This document shows, piece after piece, positions 9,284 to 19,300 of a DNA stretch of 32,000 bases. The stretch comes from an uncultured Clostridium sp. GTDB taxonomy: Bacteria > Bacillota > Clostridia > TANB77 > CAG-508. Both the position numbers and the translations under genes were made by a program. Numbering within the stretch: position 1 is the stretch's first letter; every line of letters begins with the position of its first letter. The stretch spans positions 20,559-52,558 of the forward strand of contig CANSMW010000002.1 of assembly GCA_947648215.1 (NCBI GenBank). Direction: 5' to 3'. Below the pieces are notes generated by a model. The model was not told the DNA's origin. It did not search any database and saw only the letters and a program-made list of their open reading frames with translations.

Positions 9284-10174
9284 TTAGGATTTTAAGATAT
9301 TTGACATACCTTGCATACCAGTTCTAATATCTGTACTAATGCCACCTAAAAATTGTCTTACTAGGTCATTTGCTTTTAGTAGAGCGAAAATGGAACCACA
9401 AATAAGAAATTTGGAAACAATATTATCTGGGTGAAAATCCATAGAAAAAAGAATAACCAGTACCAAAGCAATAAAAACTTGAACCAATAACAAGGAAAGA
9501 AAACATTTTATCCAAGCTTTAAAAAACGAAGCGGTAGCATTATTACAAAGCGATAAAAAGGCAAAAGGAGCAATCAACACAAATACTTTTACCAAAATAA
9601 AACGAATTGCATAAGTAAAAACTAAGTTCATCGAACTAATGGATAAAAAACTCTTTAAAATCCCATCAATGGAAAAAATATTAAAATTCGTTTGTTCAAT
9701 CACAATCATAGAATTAATGCGACTAAACAAATTGGAAAACGTAATAGACTCGCCAAATAAATCATGCCCAATGCTTTGAATTAAAGAACAAATGGTATGA
9801 TTGAAAAACAAAAGCCTTTCGCAAATAAAAAAGCAAGAATTCATACAAATTCCAAAAAATAGTAACTTGAACACGAAGCTCGTAGGACGTTCTACTTGTG
9901 TAATTAATAAGTGAGAAAGAAGCAAACGAACAGCATAATACAATAAAAATCCTAAAATAAGGGAATTGGCAACCAATAAAATACCACTTGTTGTAGAACT
10001 TCCAAAAATAGAAGAAAAGTACGAAGTCTTTAAAATACTACTATCAATAAAAGTAACCTCATCTAAAATGGAAGCCACATTGGTATCAATGGACGAAAAC
10101 AGAGTTTGAAAAATGGTATTAATCGCATCAATAATAATCGAGGCAATACTTACTTCTTCTTCCAAAAATATCAC
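9284..10174 (-). CDS. polytopic membrane protein, VirB6/TrbL-like T4SS channel component
   Basis: 296 aa with at least 6 predicted TM helices. It lies 7 nt downstream of the VirB2-like gene. Confidence 0.5.
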   Translation of the reverse strand: MIFLEEEVSIASIIIDAINTIFQTLFSSIDTNVASILDEVTFIDSSILKTSYFSSIFGSSTTSGILLVANSLILGFLLYYAVRLLLSHLLITQVERPTSFVFKLLFFGICMNSCFFICERLLFFNHTICSLIQSIGHDLFGESITFSNLFSRINSMIVIEQTNFNIFSIDGILKSFLSISSMNLVFTYAIRFILVKVFVLIAPFAFLSLCNNATASFFKAWIKCFLSLLLVQVFIALVLVILFSMDFHPDNIVSKFLICGSIFALLKANDLVRQFLGGISTDIRTGMQGMSNILKS

Positions 10175-10181
10175 CTACTAT

Positions 10182-10518
10182 CTAAAAAAAGGATTGAATG
10201 GCAGATAAAATTAAATCAATTGCCAAAATGAAACCATAGGAAAACAAAGCACCTTTTATTAACTTTTGACCAGTACGAATACGTTCCTCATCGCCAAAAC
10301 TAAACTTTTTCATAAACACACCGGTTCCGTACAGCAACCGCTGCCGCAGGAGTTGCTAATTTTAACAACCAATCCTCAATTTGTTCAAAAGCCTTTTTTA
10401 AAGTGTTTACTAATTTTTGGTCAGCTGCCATACTAACACTAGAAAAACAAAGAAGAAAAATACTAACCAAGCAAAGAATACTAAATACATAAAATAATTT
10501 CTTGTGTTTCATAAACAT
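10182..10518 (-). CDS. VirB2/TrbC-like pilin-type T4SS subunit. Needs a +1 shift at in-frame CGG (plus-strand CCG 10327-10329): join complement(10182..10328, 10330..10518)
   Basis: Track ORF 10300..10518 has a signal peptide ending SVSMA|ADQ, then ...LATPAAAVAV-R-NRCVYEKV*. Skipping the C gives ...AAAVAVGTGVFMKKFSFGDEERIRTGQKLIKGALFSYGFILAIDLILSAIQSFF*. This restores the typical layout of two hydrophobic helices and ends at TAG 10182-10184, 7 nt before the next gene. Confidence 0.6.
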
Positions 10519-10524
10519 ACCTCC

Positions 10525-12253
10525 TTAAAATTTTGTTAAAAAATAGGGAATTAATTTTAATTTCATTGGTTTTAAAATCTTATAACCATCGGATAAAAAA
10601 GACAAACATGAAAAGGTTTCCAACTCTTGGGTAAAAAAGTGAGAATCGTAAATAAAATCCGTAGAAATCGATTCATTAATACTTTCGGATAAACCAGAAC
10701 CATGAGAAACAAAAGAATTCGTTAAATAATGAAAACTCGTTTTTGGTGCATTTTCCGAAATGGATTTTACCATCTTAACCTTATCCTCTTTCCCAATCTG
10801 TTTTTGAATATCCTCAATCGTATAACTATCATCCGTTCGGAACCAAAACTTATTAATCATATTTTGCAAAATAACCTTAACCGCATATTCATCTTTTAAG
10901 GTATGTAGCAAAGAAGAATAACTCTGTGTTGCTACAATATTAATACACTTTGCTTCTCTAGACTGAGCAAAAAAGTCAGCATCTGAGGTGGTACAATATT
11001 CATGAAACTCATCACAAATAAAACAAACACTACGGGAAGAAGTAATCGAAGGGTCAGACAAACGATTTAATACCTCTGTTTGAAAATCCAATTTTAAGTA
11101 AGCTGCAATAATTTTAGACAAGTTTTGATATTGTGAGATATTCATGTTTAAAACAACAATATCCCCATTTTGAATCAAATGATAAAAACCATGAAAATTA
11201 ATTTCTTCACGTTTTGGGCAAAACGTGTGTAAAACTTCATAATCCGAAACAAAGCAATTCGTAATACGAGTAATTTCAGATTGAATAATCGAAAGTGTTC
11301 TACTGTCTAGGGAAAACAATTCCTTTTGGAAAAAATCAATACTCGAATAAGCATCATAACAATCACGATTAGAAAGATGCCCATTGGTAAACAGTTCTTT
11401 AATCACCGAAACTTTTTCTAGGAAATACTCAGGAAGAGTAACCAACTTATGAAGCTCTACAAAAGTAACATACCCATCATTATAAAGCCTACAAAACTTG
11501 ATACTTTCCGTTAAAACCTGCTCTACCTTATCAAGCCAATACGATTCACTATTATTGGGAGAAAACAGAGTTAAAATTGTTTTTAAACGATTGGCCAAAA
11601 CAGACGGTTTCAAATTCGGTTTATCCAAAGGATTATAAAAGGTATTGCCACCAAGTTCAATCATATGAACATCCTCTAATCGACCCGCTGAATTAGCAAA
11701 ACGAAGCACTTCTTTATAAAAGTTTCCTTTTACATCCAAAATTAACATACCAATTTTATGCTCTGGATTTTTCGAAAAAGAACGAATTAATTGTCTTGTA
11801 AAAGGATACATACAAGAAGAAGTTTTACCACTTCCAATGGTTCCGCAGATAAAAATGTTTTGATACAAACTTTTTTCTGGAATAAATACTAAATTTTCAC
11901 TTTCATTTTTTCCCACCAATAAGGAAAGATTTTCGGAAGGAACTTGTGATAACATTGTTTTTTGTTTTTTTCGATTTGGAAATATCTTGGGGCCGTAACT
12001 TTTCCCATAATCTTGTGTAAAGAAAATTCGGTATCAAAATAGAAGACAAAAGGTAAAACAAAATAAAATAGCCCTTTAGTTTGATCCAAATAACAGGATA
12101 ACGAATACAAATATCATATGGATGTAAAGAATAAGGAATAATAATCGAATCCGCTGTATAAATAGGGGAAAACACAAAATACCCGAGTGCTAAGAAAACA
12201 GCCAAATACACACCAGTAAAGCCTAATCTACCAAAAAGTTTTCGAAATCGCAT
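10525..12253 (-). CDS. VirD4/TraG-type type IV coupling protein. Needs a +1 shift at in-frame CGG (plus-strand CCG 11993-11995): join complement(10525..11994, 11996..12253)
   Basis: Track ORF 11903..12253 is the N-terminal two-TM segment and 10525..11955 is the ATPase (Walker A ICGTIGSGKTSS, Walker B VCFICDEFHEY). The 0 frame reads LWEKL-R-PQDISK.... Skipping the C gives LWEKLGPKIFPNRKKQKTMLSQVPSENLSLLVGK.... RBS AGGAGG precedes ATG 12253. Confidence 0.75.
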
Positions 12254-12528
12254 AAAAAAGCCTCCTACTTCAAATTATGTTGTTGTTTTAAATTCAATTT
12301 GGAACCTTGTAAATTGTGAAACAAGATTGTATCGAAAAAAAGATACAGATAATAAAAAACAATGAACACATTTAGGCTGAAAGTGATAAAAAACAAGTGA
12401 ACTAACTGTTCCATGGTTATCACCACCTAACGCTAGAAAACATCATACAACAAAAAAAGAAATTTGTCTATACTTTTTTGAATAAATATGATAAAATATG
12501 AAAAAATAGAAAAAAAGGAGGCGAAACA

Positions 12529-12714
12529 ATGAAAATCGAAAAGACAATGAAAATTGGTGAATTACTAGAAGTAGCACCAGAAAAAGCAGAAATTTTACTA
12601 AATGCAGGAATGCACTGTTTAGGATGTCCAGCATCACAAGGAGAAACCATAGAAGAAGCATGCATGGTACATGGAATCGATGTAGACGAATTAGTAAACA
12701 TGCTAAATGCATAA
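12529..12714 (+). CDS. DUF1858 / hybrid-cluster-protein-associated redox disulfide domain protein (61 aa)
   Basis: RBS AAGGAGG. The motif GMHCLGCPASQGETIEEAC is typical of this small-protein family. Confidence 0.6.
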   Translation: MKIEKTMKIGELLEVAPEKAEILLNAGMHCLGCPASQGETIEEACMVHGIDVDELVNMLNA

Positions 12715-12762
12715 TCGGTGAACATTTTGTAACAAAAAAATGAAAAAAAAGTAAAAAAAGGA

Positions 12763-12791
12763 TTGACAGAAAACGCAAAATGTAGTAACAT
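12763..12791 (+). promoter_or_regulatory. candidate promoter of the tRNA cluster
   Basis: TTGACA (12763-12768), a 17-nt spacer, then TAACAT (12786-12791), about 30 nt upstream of tRNA-Lys. Confidence 0.45.
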
Positions 12792-12821
12792 ATTAAAGTG
12801 CCTATTTTACAGGTACATTTT

Positions 12822-12897
12822 GGGCCATTAGCTCAGGTGGTAGAGCACTTGACTTTTAATCAAGTTGTCCGCAGTTCGAGTCTGCGATGGCTCACCA
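12822..12897 (+). tRNA. tRNA-Lys (anticodon UUU), CCA encoded
   Basis: Cloverleaf folded by hand: acceptor GGGCCAT/ATGGCTC, D arm GCTC..GAGC, anticodon stem CTTGA/TCAAG with loop CTTTTAA, and T arm CGCAG-TTCGAGT-CTGCG. Confidence 0.95.
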
Positions 12898-12926
12898 AAG
12901 AATACTCGTAGTAGTATTCTTTACAA

Positions 12927-13001
12927 GGCCCCGTGGTCAAGCGGTTAAGACATCGCCCTTTCACGGCGGAGACATGGGTTCGATTCCCGTCGGGGTCACC
13001 A
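12927..13001 (+). tRNA. tRNA-Glu (anticodon UUC), CCA encoded
   Basis: Acceptor GGCCCCG/CGGGGTC, anticodon stem TCGCC/GGCGG with loop CTTTCAC, and T arm ATGGG-TTCGATT-CCCGT. Confidence 0.95.
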
Positions 13002-13008
13002 AATATAA

Positions 13009-13085
13009 GCCACTTTAGCTCAGCTGGCCAGAGCACCGCACTTGTAATGCGGGGGTCCCCAGTTCGAATCTGGGAAGTGGCTCCA
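13009..13085 (+). tRNA. tRNA-Thr (anticodon UGU), CCA encoded
   Basis: Acceptor GCCACTT/AAGTGGC, anticodon stem CCGCA/TGCGG with loop CTTGTAA, and T arm CCCAG-TTCGAAT-CTGGG. Confidence 0.95.
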
Positions 13086-13177
13086 TCATAAGGTCAATGG
13101 TTTTGAGGTAACTCTTAATGGTTGGCTTTTTTTTTATGTCCAAAAATATTGACAAATTAAGATTATTATAGTATTCT

Positions 13178-13204
13178 TTAATACATAGATAGTCTATGTA
13201 TTAA
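13178..13204. promoter_or_regulatory. perfect 11-bp inverted repeat, candidate PadR operator
   Basis: TTAATACATAG-atagt-CTATGTATTAA lies between a TTGACA box (13149-13154) and the padR RBS. It contains ACAT/ATGT half-sites of the type bound by PadR-family repressors. Confidence 0.6.
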
Positions 13205-13216
13205 GGGAGGGATTTT

Positions 13217-13570
13217 ATGGGGAACAAATACAATTTTACTAGAAGTGACATCAAAATGCTTATTTTAAGCCTACTTTCCAATAAAGATATGTATGGGTAT
13301 CAAATTATACAAGAATTAAAGTTATTATCCAATAGCTACTTTTCACTTCAAGAGGGAAGTTTATATCCACTATTACATTCACTACAAAGCGAAGAATTAA
13401 TCAATTCTTATTGGGAAGAAACATTGAGCATGCGAAAGAAAAAATACTATGTATTAACACAAAAAGGAAAAAGAGCTTTAGCTAGGGAACAAAAAGAATG
13501 GGAAAAATATTTTACTTGTATCAATAACATACTAGAAGGGGGGGAAGTCAAAAATGAATTGTATTTATGA
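13217..13570 (+). CDS. PadR-family transcriptional regulator
   Basis: 117 aa with RBS AAGGGAGG. The winged-helix signature is MYGYQIIQEL...LQEGSLYPLLHSLQSEELI...KKYYVLTQKGKRAL. Confidence 0.85.
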   Translation: MGNKYNFTRSDIKMLILSLLSNKDMYGYQIIQELKLLSNSYFSLQEGSLYPLLHSLQSEELINSYWEETLSMRKKKYYVLTQKGKRALAREQKEWEKYFTCINNILEGGEVKNELYL

Positions 13571-14805
13571 TTTTCTTGATATAGTATGCAATGAAATAAA
13601 ATGTCCACAAACTAGAGAAGAAATAAGACAAGAATTATATGAACATATTCTTGAGGAAAGAAATTATAATATTGAAAAGGGAATTGAAAAAGAACAAGCA
13701 GAGTTAATAGCAATAAAAAATATGGGAAATCCAGAAACAATTGGAAAAGAATTTAACAAAATATATCGAAAAAAACTAGATTGGAAATTATTCACCATTG
13801 AAATAGTCTTAGTATTAATAAATGTTTTATTAATTACTACAATGGCAAAGAAAATGGATGAAAGCATACCATACACTATTAGAAATATAGCCTATATTAC
13901 AGTTGGTACAATCATATCAATACTATGCTATTTTATGGATTATAGAAAAATTCAAAAAGCCTCACTACGGTATAGGAATACTAGGAATGATATGTACCAT
14001 AATTGATATTGCATTATATAACATGAGGGCATTTGATACGATAGAAAAAATTCATATAAATTTAAATATATTGGCAACTTTTTTATACATCCTATCATTT
14101 GTTGGATTAATAACAAAAACAAAGAATAGAAAAGATATTCATATAATAATTGCATTTTCAATAACATCAATGTATTTATTATACAAAGCAAATGAAGTAA
14201 CGCTTATGTATATAATTTCAGGAATGTATCTTGCGTTAACATTTCTTAAATTACAAACATTACCTAAAACAAAGAATAGGAAAATTTTGAAGAGTGTTTG
14301 GTTAACAATCTTAATTATATTTTTAATAAATATCTTTTCATACAATTACAGATGGATACCAGTTCCAAGTGATTATGAGCAATTACAACAAAGAGTAACA
14401 CAAAGTAAAATGTTTGGAGAAGTACAATTAGAGGGAGAACCATATTTAGAACACATTTATACAAATTGCTCAAATTACTCATTTGTATATTTAGTAGAAC
14501 ATTATGGGAAAATCTGCGGAATGTTTATCACTTTCATATTTATGCTCTTATTCATAAAATTAATTTTCAACTATCAACAAACAAAAAACTATTATGGAAA
14601 AATGCTAAATTTGGGAATAGGATATTTTTTGATAATACCGCTTATATTAGATTTCCTTACAAGAGTGGGGATAGTGAATTTTCCAAAAATAAATATACCA
14701 TTTATCATTCACAACGATATGAGCATTATCCTATATATGGTATGTGTTTCACTAATTATGTCGATATATAGTAGAAAAAATATTCATACGATATTATCGA
14801 AATAG
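13554..14805 (+). CDS. membrane protein with an N-terminal PadR-partner (permease-prefix/anti-sigma-like) domain fused to a divergent SEDS (FtsW/RodA)-like polytopic domain. Needs a +1 shift at in-frame CGG 13968-13970: join 13554..13967, 13969..14805
   Basis: Track ORFs 13554..14006 and 13903..14805. The 0 frame reads FMDYRKIQKASL-R-YRNTRNDMYHN*. Skipping C13968 gives ...KIQKASLGIGILGMICTIIDIALYN... and continues through many TM helices. The start overlaps padR by 17 nt. Confidence 0.6.
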
Positions 14806-14921
14806 CATTATGTCTATTTATAGAAAAACAAATAATCTATTGAGTATTTGTTTTTTTTGTGTTATAATTTATACAAAATTCGATTACAATTCGGAATTTG
14901 TATAAAAAAGGAGGAAATAAC

Positions 14922-16190
14922 ATGAGCCGTAGTTATATCCATAGAACAATTGAAACAAAGTTAGATGAAATGTATGGTAATTTTCCAGCCATATTAGTTA
15001 CTGGTTCTAGGCAATCTGGAAAAAGTACTGTATTACAATACATTACTACAAATAAACAACAAACCATAAAAGAAGTAAGTTTAGACGATTTAAGAGAAAG
15101 AACAATGGCACAAGAAGACCCAGAAACTTTTTTAAGAGTACATGGTGTTCCACTTATTATTGATGAATTTCAGTATGCACCCAATTTACTATCTTATATA
15201 AAAATAAAAATTGATGAAGCAAGAAAAAACGAAATGTTTGGAGACGGAAAAGATGTTGACACATTATATTATTTAACAGGATCACAAATATTTGAAACAA
15301 TGGAAAATGTTACAGAGTCATTAGCGGGAAGAGTAGGAATTATCGATTTACATCCTTTATCAACTAGAGAAATCTATCATTCTAAAGAAGAAATATTTAT
15401 ACCTGATATTGATAAAATAAAAAAGAAAACACCATTAAAATATGAATATATGGACAATTTGTTTGAAAGAATTTTTAGAGGAAGCTATCCTGAATTATAT
15501 AAAAATGATAAAGTTAGTTTAGAGGCCTTTTTTTCTTCTTATTTAAGAACCTATATTGAAAGAGATGTTAGAAAAATAGTAAACATACAAGAAGAACCCA
15601 AATTTCTAAAATTTATTACAAGTATGGCAGCAAGAACAGGACAAGAATTTAATGCGACAGACATTGCAAACGATGTAGGAATAGACTCAGAAACCATCAC
15701 GAAATGGACAGGAATATTAAGTAATACCTATATTATTTTCCTTTTACAACCACATATGAACAACAATATTCGTAGAATTATTAAAAGACCAAAAATCTAT
15801 TTTATGGATACAGGACTTGCTTGTTATTTGACAGGTTATGTAAGTAGTGAAACATTAGAACGTAGTGCATATAGTGGAGCAATTTTTGAAACGTATATCA
15901 TATCAGAAATTGTAAAAAGCTATACCAATCATCAACGTGACCCAAGAAAGCACCTATATTATTATAGAGATAACAATGGAAAAGAGATTGACTTATTAAT
16001 TATTCACGAAGATAATATTTATCCTGTTGAAATAAAGAAGGGGGCCAATCCCGGAAAAGATGCCATCAAGCATTTTAATATTGTCGATAAATTTGAAATG
16101 AATTCACCAAATGGAGTGGTTATTTGTTTAACCAAAGACATTCATGCAATTGACGAAAAAAATTATATGCTTCCAATTGAATATATATAA
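14922..16190 (+). CDS. AAA ATPase of the AAA_14/DUF4143 family
   Basis: ATG 14922 follows RBS AGGAGG, whereas the track ORF starts earlier at 14898. Walker A is VTGSRQSGKST and Walker B-like is PLIIDEFQ. The C-terminal part is DUF4143-like. Confidence 0.7.
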   Translation: MSRSYIHRTIETKLDEMYGNFPAILVTGSRQSGKSTVLQYITTNKQQTIKEVSLDDLRERTMAQEDPETFLRVHGVPLIIDEFQYAPNLLSYIKIKIDEARKNEMFGDGKDVDTLYYLTGSQIFETMENVTESLAGRVGIIDLHPLSTREIYHSKEEIFIPDIDKIKKKTPLKYEYMDNLFERIFRGSYPELYKNDKVSLEAFFSSYLRTYIERDVRKIVNIQEEPKFLKFITSMAARTGQEFNATDIANDVGIDSETITKWTGILSNTYIIFLLQPHMNNNIRRIIKRPKIYFMDTGLACYLTGYVSSETLERSAYSGAIFETYIISEIVKSYTNHQRDPRKHLYYYRDNNGKEIDLLIIHEDNIYPVEIKKGANPGKDAIKHFNIVDKFEMNSPNGVVICLTKDIHAIDEKNYMLPIEYI

Positions 16191-16205
16191 CAAACAGAAG
16201 AACAA

Positions 16206-16246
16206 CCAAAAAAGAAAGTAAACCATATTGTTACTTTCTTTTTTGG
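16206..16246 (+). terminator. hairpin terminator after the AAA ATPase gene
   Basis: Perfect 16-bp stem CCAAAAAAGAAAGTAA / TTACTTTCTTTTTTGG with a 9-nt loop. The 3' arm is T-rich. Confidence 0.6.
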
Positions 16247-16385
16247 TTTACGAAAAACAGAAGAAGTAAGTCAGAGTTCTTACGGAAACAGGAAAAAGAA
16301 AAAATAAAATTTGCAAAAATGCTTGAAAAAAAATAAGAAGTAACATAGAATAGGCTTAAGAAAAAAATAAGAAAGGAAAGGTGTT

Positions 16386-19300
16386 ATGAAAAAAGCATTT
16401 ACGAAAACAATGGTATTAACGTTAATACTAAGCTTATTAGCCTCTCCCATATCCATTGGTGTGGAGGTTATTCAAGAAGTAGCCAAGTATGCCGAAAATA
16501 CCGATGTAGCCAGTGAGCCTGTTACAAAAAAACAAGACCAAATGCCTAAGCCCGTAGAACAGGCGACTACAAAAGTGGACAATTCTATCAGTTCGAAAAC
16601 AGAACAAGAAATTGAAAACGAAGATGGCAAAATTACAAAAGAAGAAGAGGATATTTGTGTGGATGAACCCGTAAAGGAGACAGACGCACCCAAAAATGAT
16701 ATATCCAATAAAGAGGAAAAGAAAGAAGGTGAACAAACAAACCAAGAAACTTCATCAGAAAATAAAGAGGTTTTTCCAACAGAAGGATTAGATGAAACAA
16801 CAAGTGATTCTGAAGAAATGAAACAACAAGATGAAATCCAAGATACAAGTGAAACGGTTAAGCCAAACGAAGAAGCCACTTTAGAAGAAGAAAATCGTAC
16901 ACAACAGCAAAAGGAAGAGGTAACGACAAATGTAGCTCCAGAAGAACAAAATGGTCTATTAACACAACAAGAAAATAAAACACAATCACAAGAAGAAATA
17001 CCACAAGAAGAGATGGACAATTTCGTAGACCAACCTTTAGAAAAGCAGACGATTACACTAGGGAAACTTGAATTAGAGATTATTTTAAGACTTCCCACCC
17101 AAGCCAATTTTAAGATTACCTTACAAAAAGATACCAATACCATAATGGGACAATTTGAAAAAGACGAAGATAGATGTTACTATCACTTTGATGGGCTAGA
17201 AGAAGGAAACTATACCTTAACAATACAAGGACAAAATTATATTCCTTATAGTCAACAAGTAGAAGTAAAAGGCGATGTGACGAAAATTGTTCTTAGCAAT
17301 GGACATGAAATAAATGATGTATACAAAAACAATCAAACACCATATGGTATTGTGGGATTAGGGGATATAAACGAAGATGGCCAAATTAACAAAGCAGATG
17401 AAACCCTAATGATTGCGAAAATTGAACAAGGTGATTATGAGGCAAAATATGATTTAAATCACGACAACAAAATTGACATTATAGACCTATCGTACATTAC
17501 CTTAAACCGTAACAACAACATAAAAGGGACACAACAAAAGATGTTAAAACTAACCAAAGAAAATGTTACCCTACAAACAGGAACTATCATAACCAAAGGA
17601 GACGTTTCCTCTATTTTTGAAAACAACAATGAAATACTACAATTGCAACCAAAAAACGGAAATTCCATTTCCATCGACAATCCAGTAACACTAGAAGTAG
17701 ACTTAAAAAACAATCAAAATAAAACAGAAGCAATTGTCATTGCTCCACCAAAAGAACAGACGAATACAGTACAAAAAGGGGAAGTAGAAGTTGTTTATCA
17801 AGATGAGAATGGAACAGAACATACCATAAAAGTTAAGATTGGAAACACCGAAATAGCCACTCAAATCGAAGCCATTTCCTCTAAAAAATTAGCAAGTATA
17901 TCACCAACCTTTGTAGCAAGTACCAAAACAAGAAGATCAGTAGCAACTCTACAAAAAGATGGAAGCGTTCTAATCGACCTAGGAGGACAAATTGCGATAA
18001 AAAGAGTTACAATTAAAATTACACAAACAACAAGTAACAAATTAGCCGACATTGCCAAAGTAGAATTCTTAAATGACATGGAAAATAAAATTCCAGAACC
18101 AGAAATGGATATTCCTGAAAATGTAGTAGCAACCCCATTGAGTGCATCATTTAATGTGACATGGAAGAAAATGGTTAACATTACAGGATATGAAATAGAA
18201 GTAAGTAGTAATGGAAAAACACAAACCTACTATACAGCAGTTAACCAAATAATGATTTCTAACTTTGATGGTGGAAAAGTAAAAAACGGAACTACCTATA
18301 CCGTAAAAGTACAATCCATAAATGGAGATTGGAAAAGTGGTTATTCTAAAACCATATCGGTAACACCACAAGCCGATAAAAAGCCACCAGCACCAGACAA
18401 TTTAAGTGTAAGCGGTGGATACCGTATGTTACAAGCAAGTTGGAAAAAGATGGAGGATACCGATTCATACAATGTTTACTACCGTGAATACGGAGTAGGA
18501 AACTATATTAAAATTGCACAAAACATTACAGAAAATACCTATAAATTAACGGAATTAAAAGATAAAACCAGATATCAAGTTTATGTAACAGGAAATAACC
18601 CAATAGGGGAAGGAAGTCCATCATTAGTTAGTGTAGGAGAAACCACAGACATTAACCCACCAATTACGAGCAATTATAAACTAATCAACCGTCCAATTGA
18701 AAATGAAGCAAAAACAGCACATATTGCTAATGTTAGCTATCCAGGGGGAAGTGCCCCAAGTGGACAATTTGCAATTGTAGACAATGATTATACCACTGCT
18801 TGGAAAATTAACAGCTGGGACTCAGGAGGCTTTAACAGTGGAAACGTAGCTCCAATTGTAGAATTTGACCAAACATACCAAATAGAGAGAATTGTCGTAG
18901 TAGCCGAAGAGGCACAAGAACATGATTATTTCTATCAAAAAACAAGATATTGGGACGAAAATGGAACAGAACATATGATAAACGGACAATGTACCAAAAA
19001 AACAAGTTCAAACGGAAAACAATATTACGAATTTGAATACGATATGCCAATTACAACCAAGAAAATACAAATACGATTTGCATTATACCAAGCATATTCG
19101 AATGTATCCATATCCATTGCAGAAATGAAATTCTATGAATATGACGACATCAAAGAACAAATTACAGGTTTATACAAAGACCAACTATGTGTAACCCTAA
19201 GAGAAGACGTAACCGAAGAAACCATTAACGCATTAGAAACAAGACTAAATACCAAAGAAGAAATTAGTGGAGAATACCATCCAAAACGAGAAATTTTACA

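Noticed and set aside
13086-13136. Rho-independent terminator after tRNA-Thr
   Set aside because: A T9 run is present (13127-13135), but I could not draw a convincing upstream stem. The AATGGTT elements there are direct repeats, not inverted ones.
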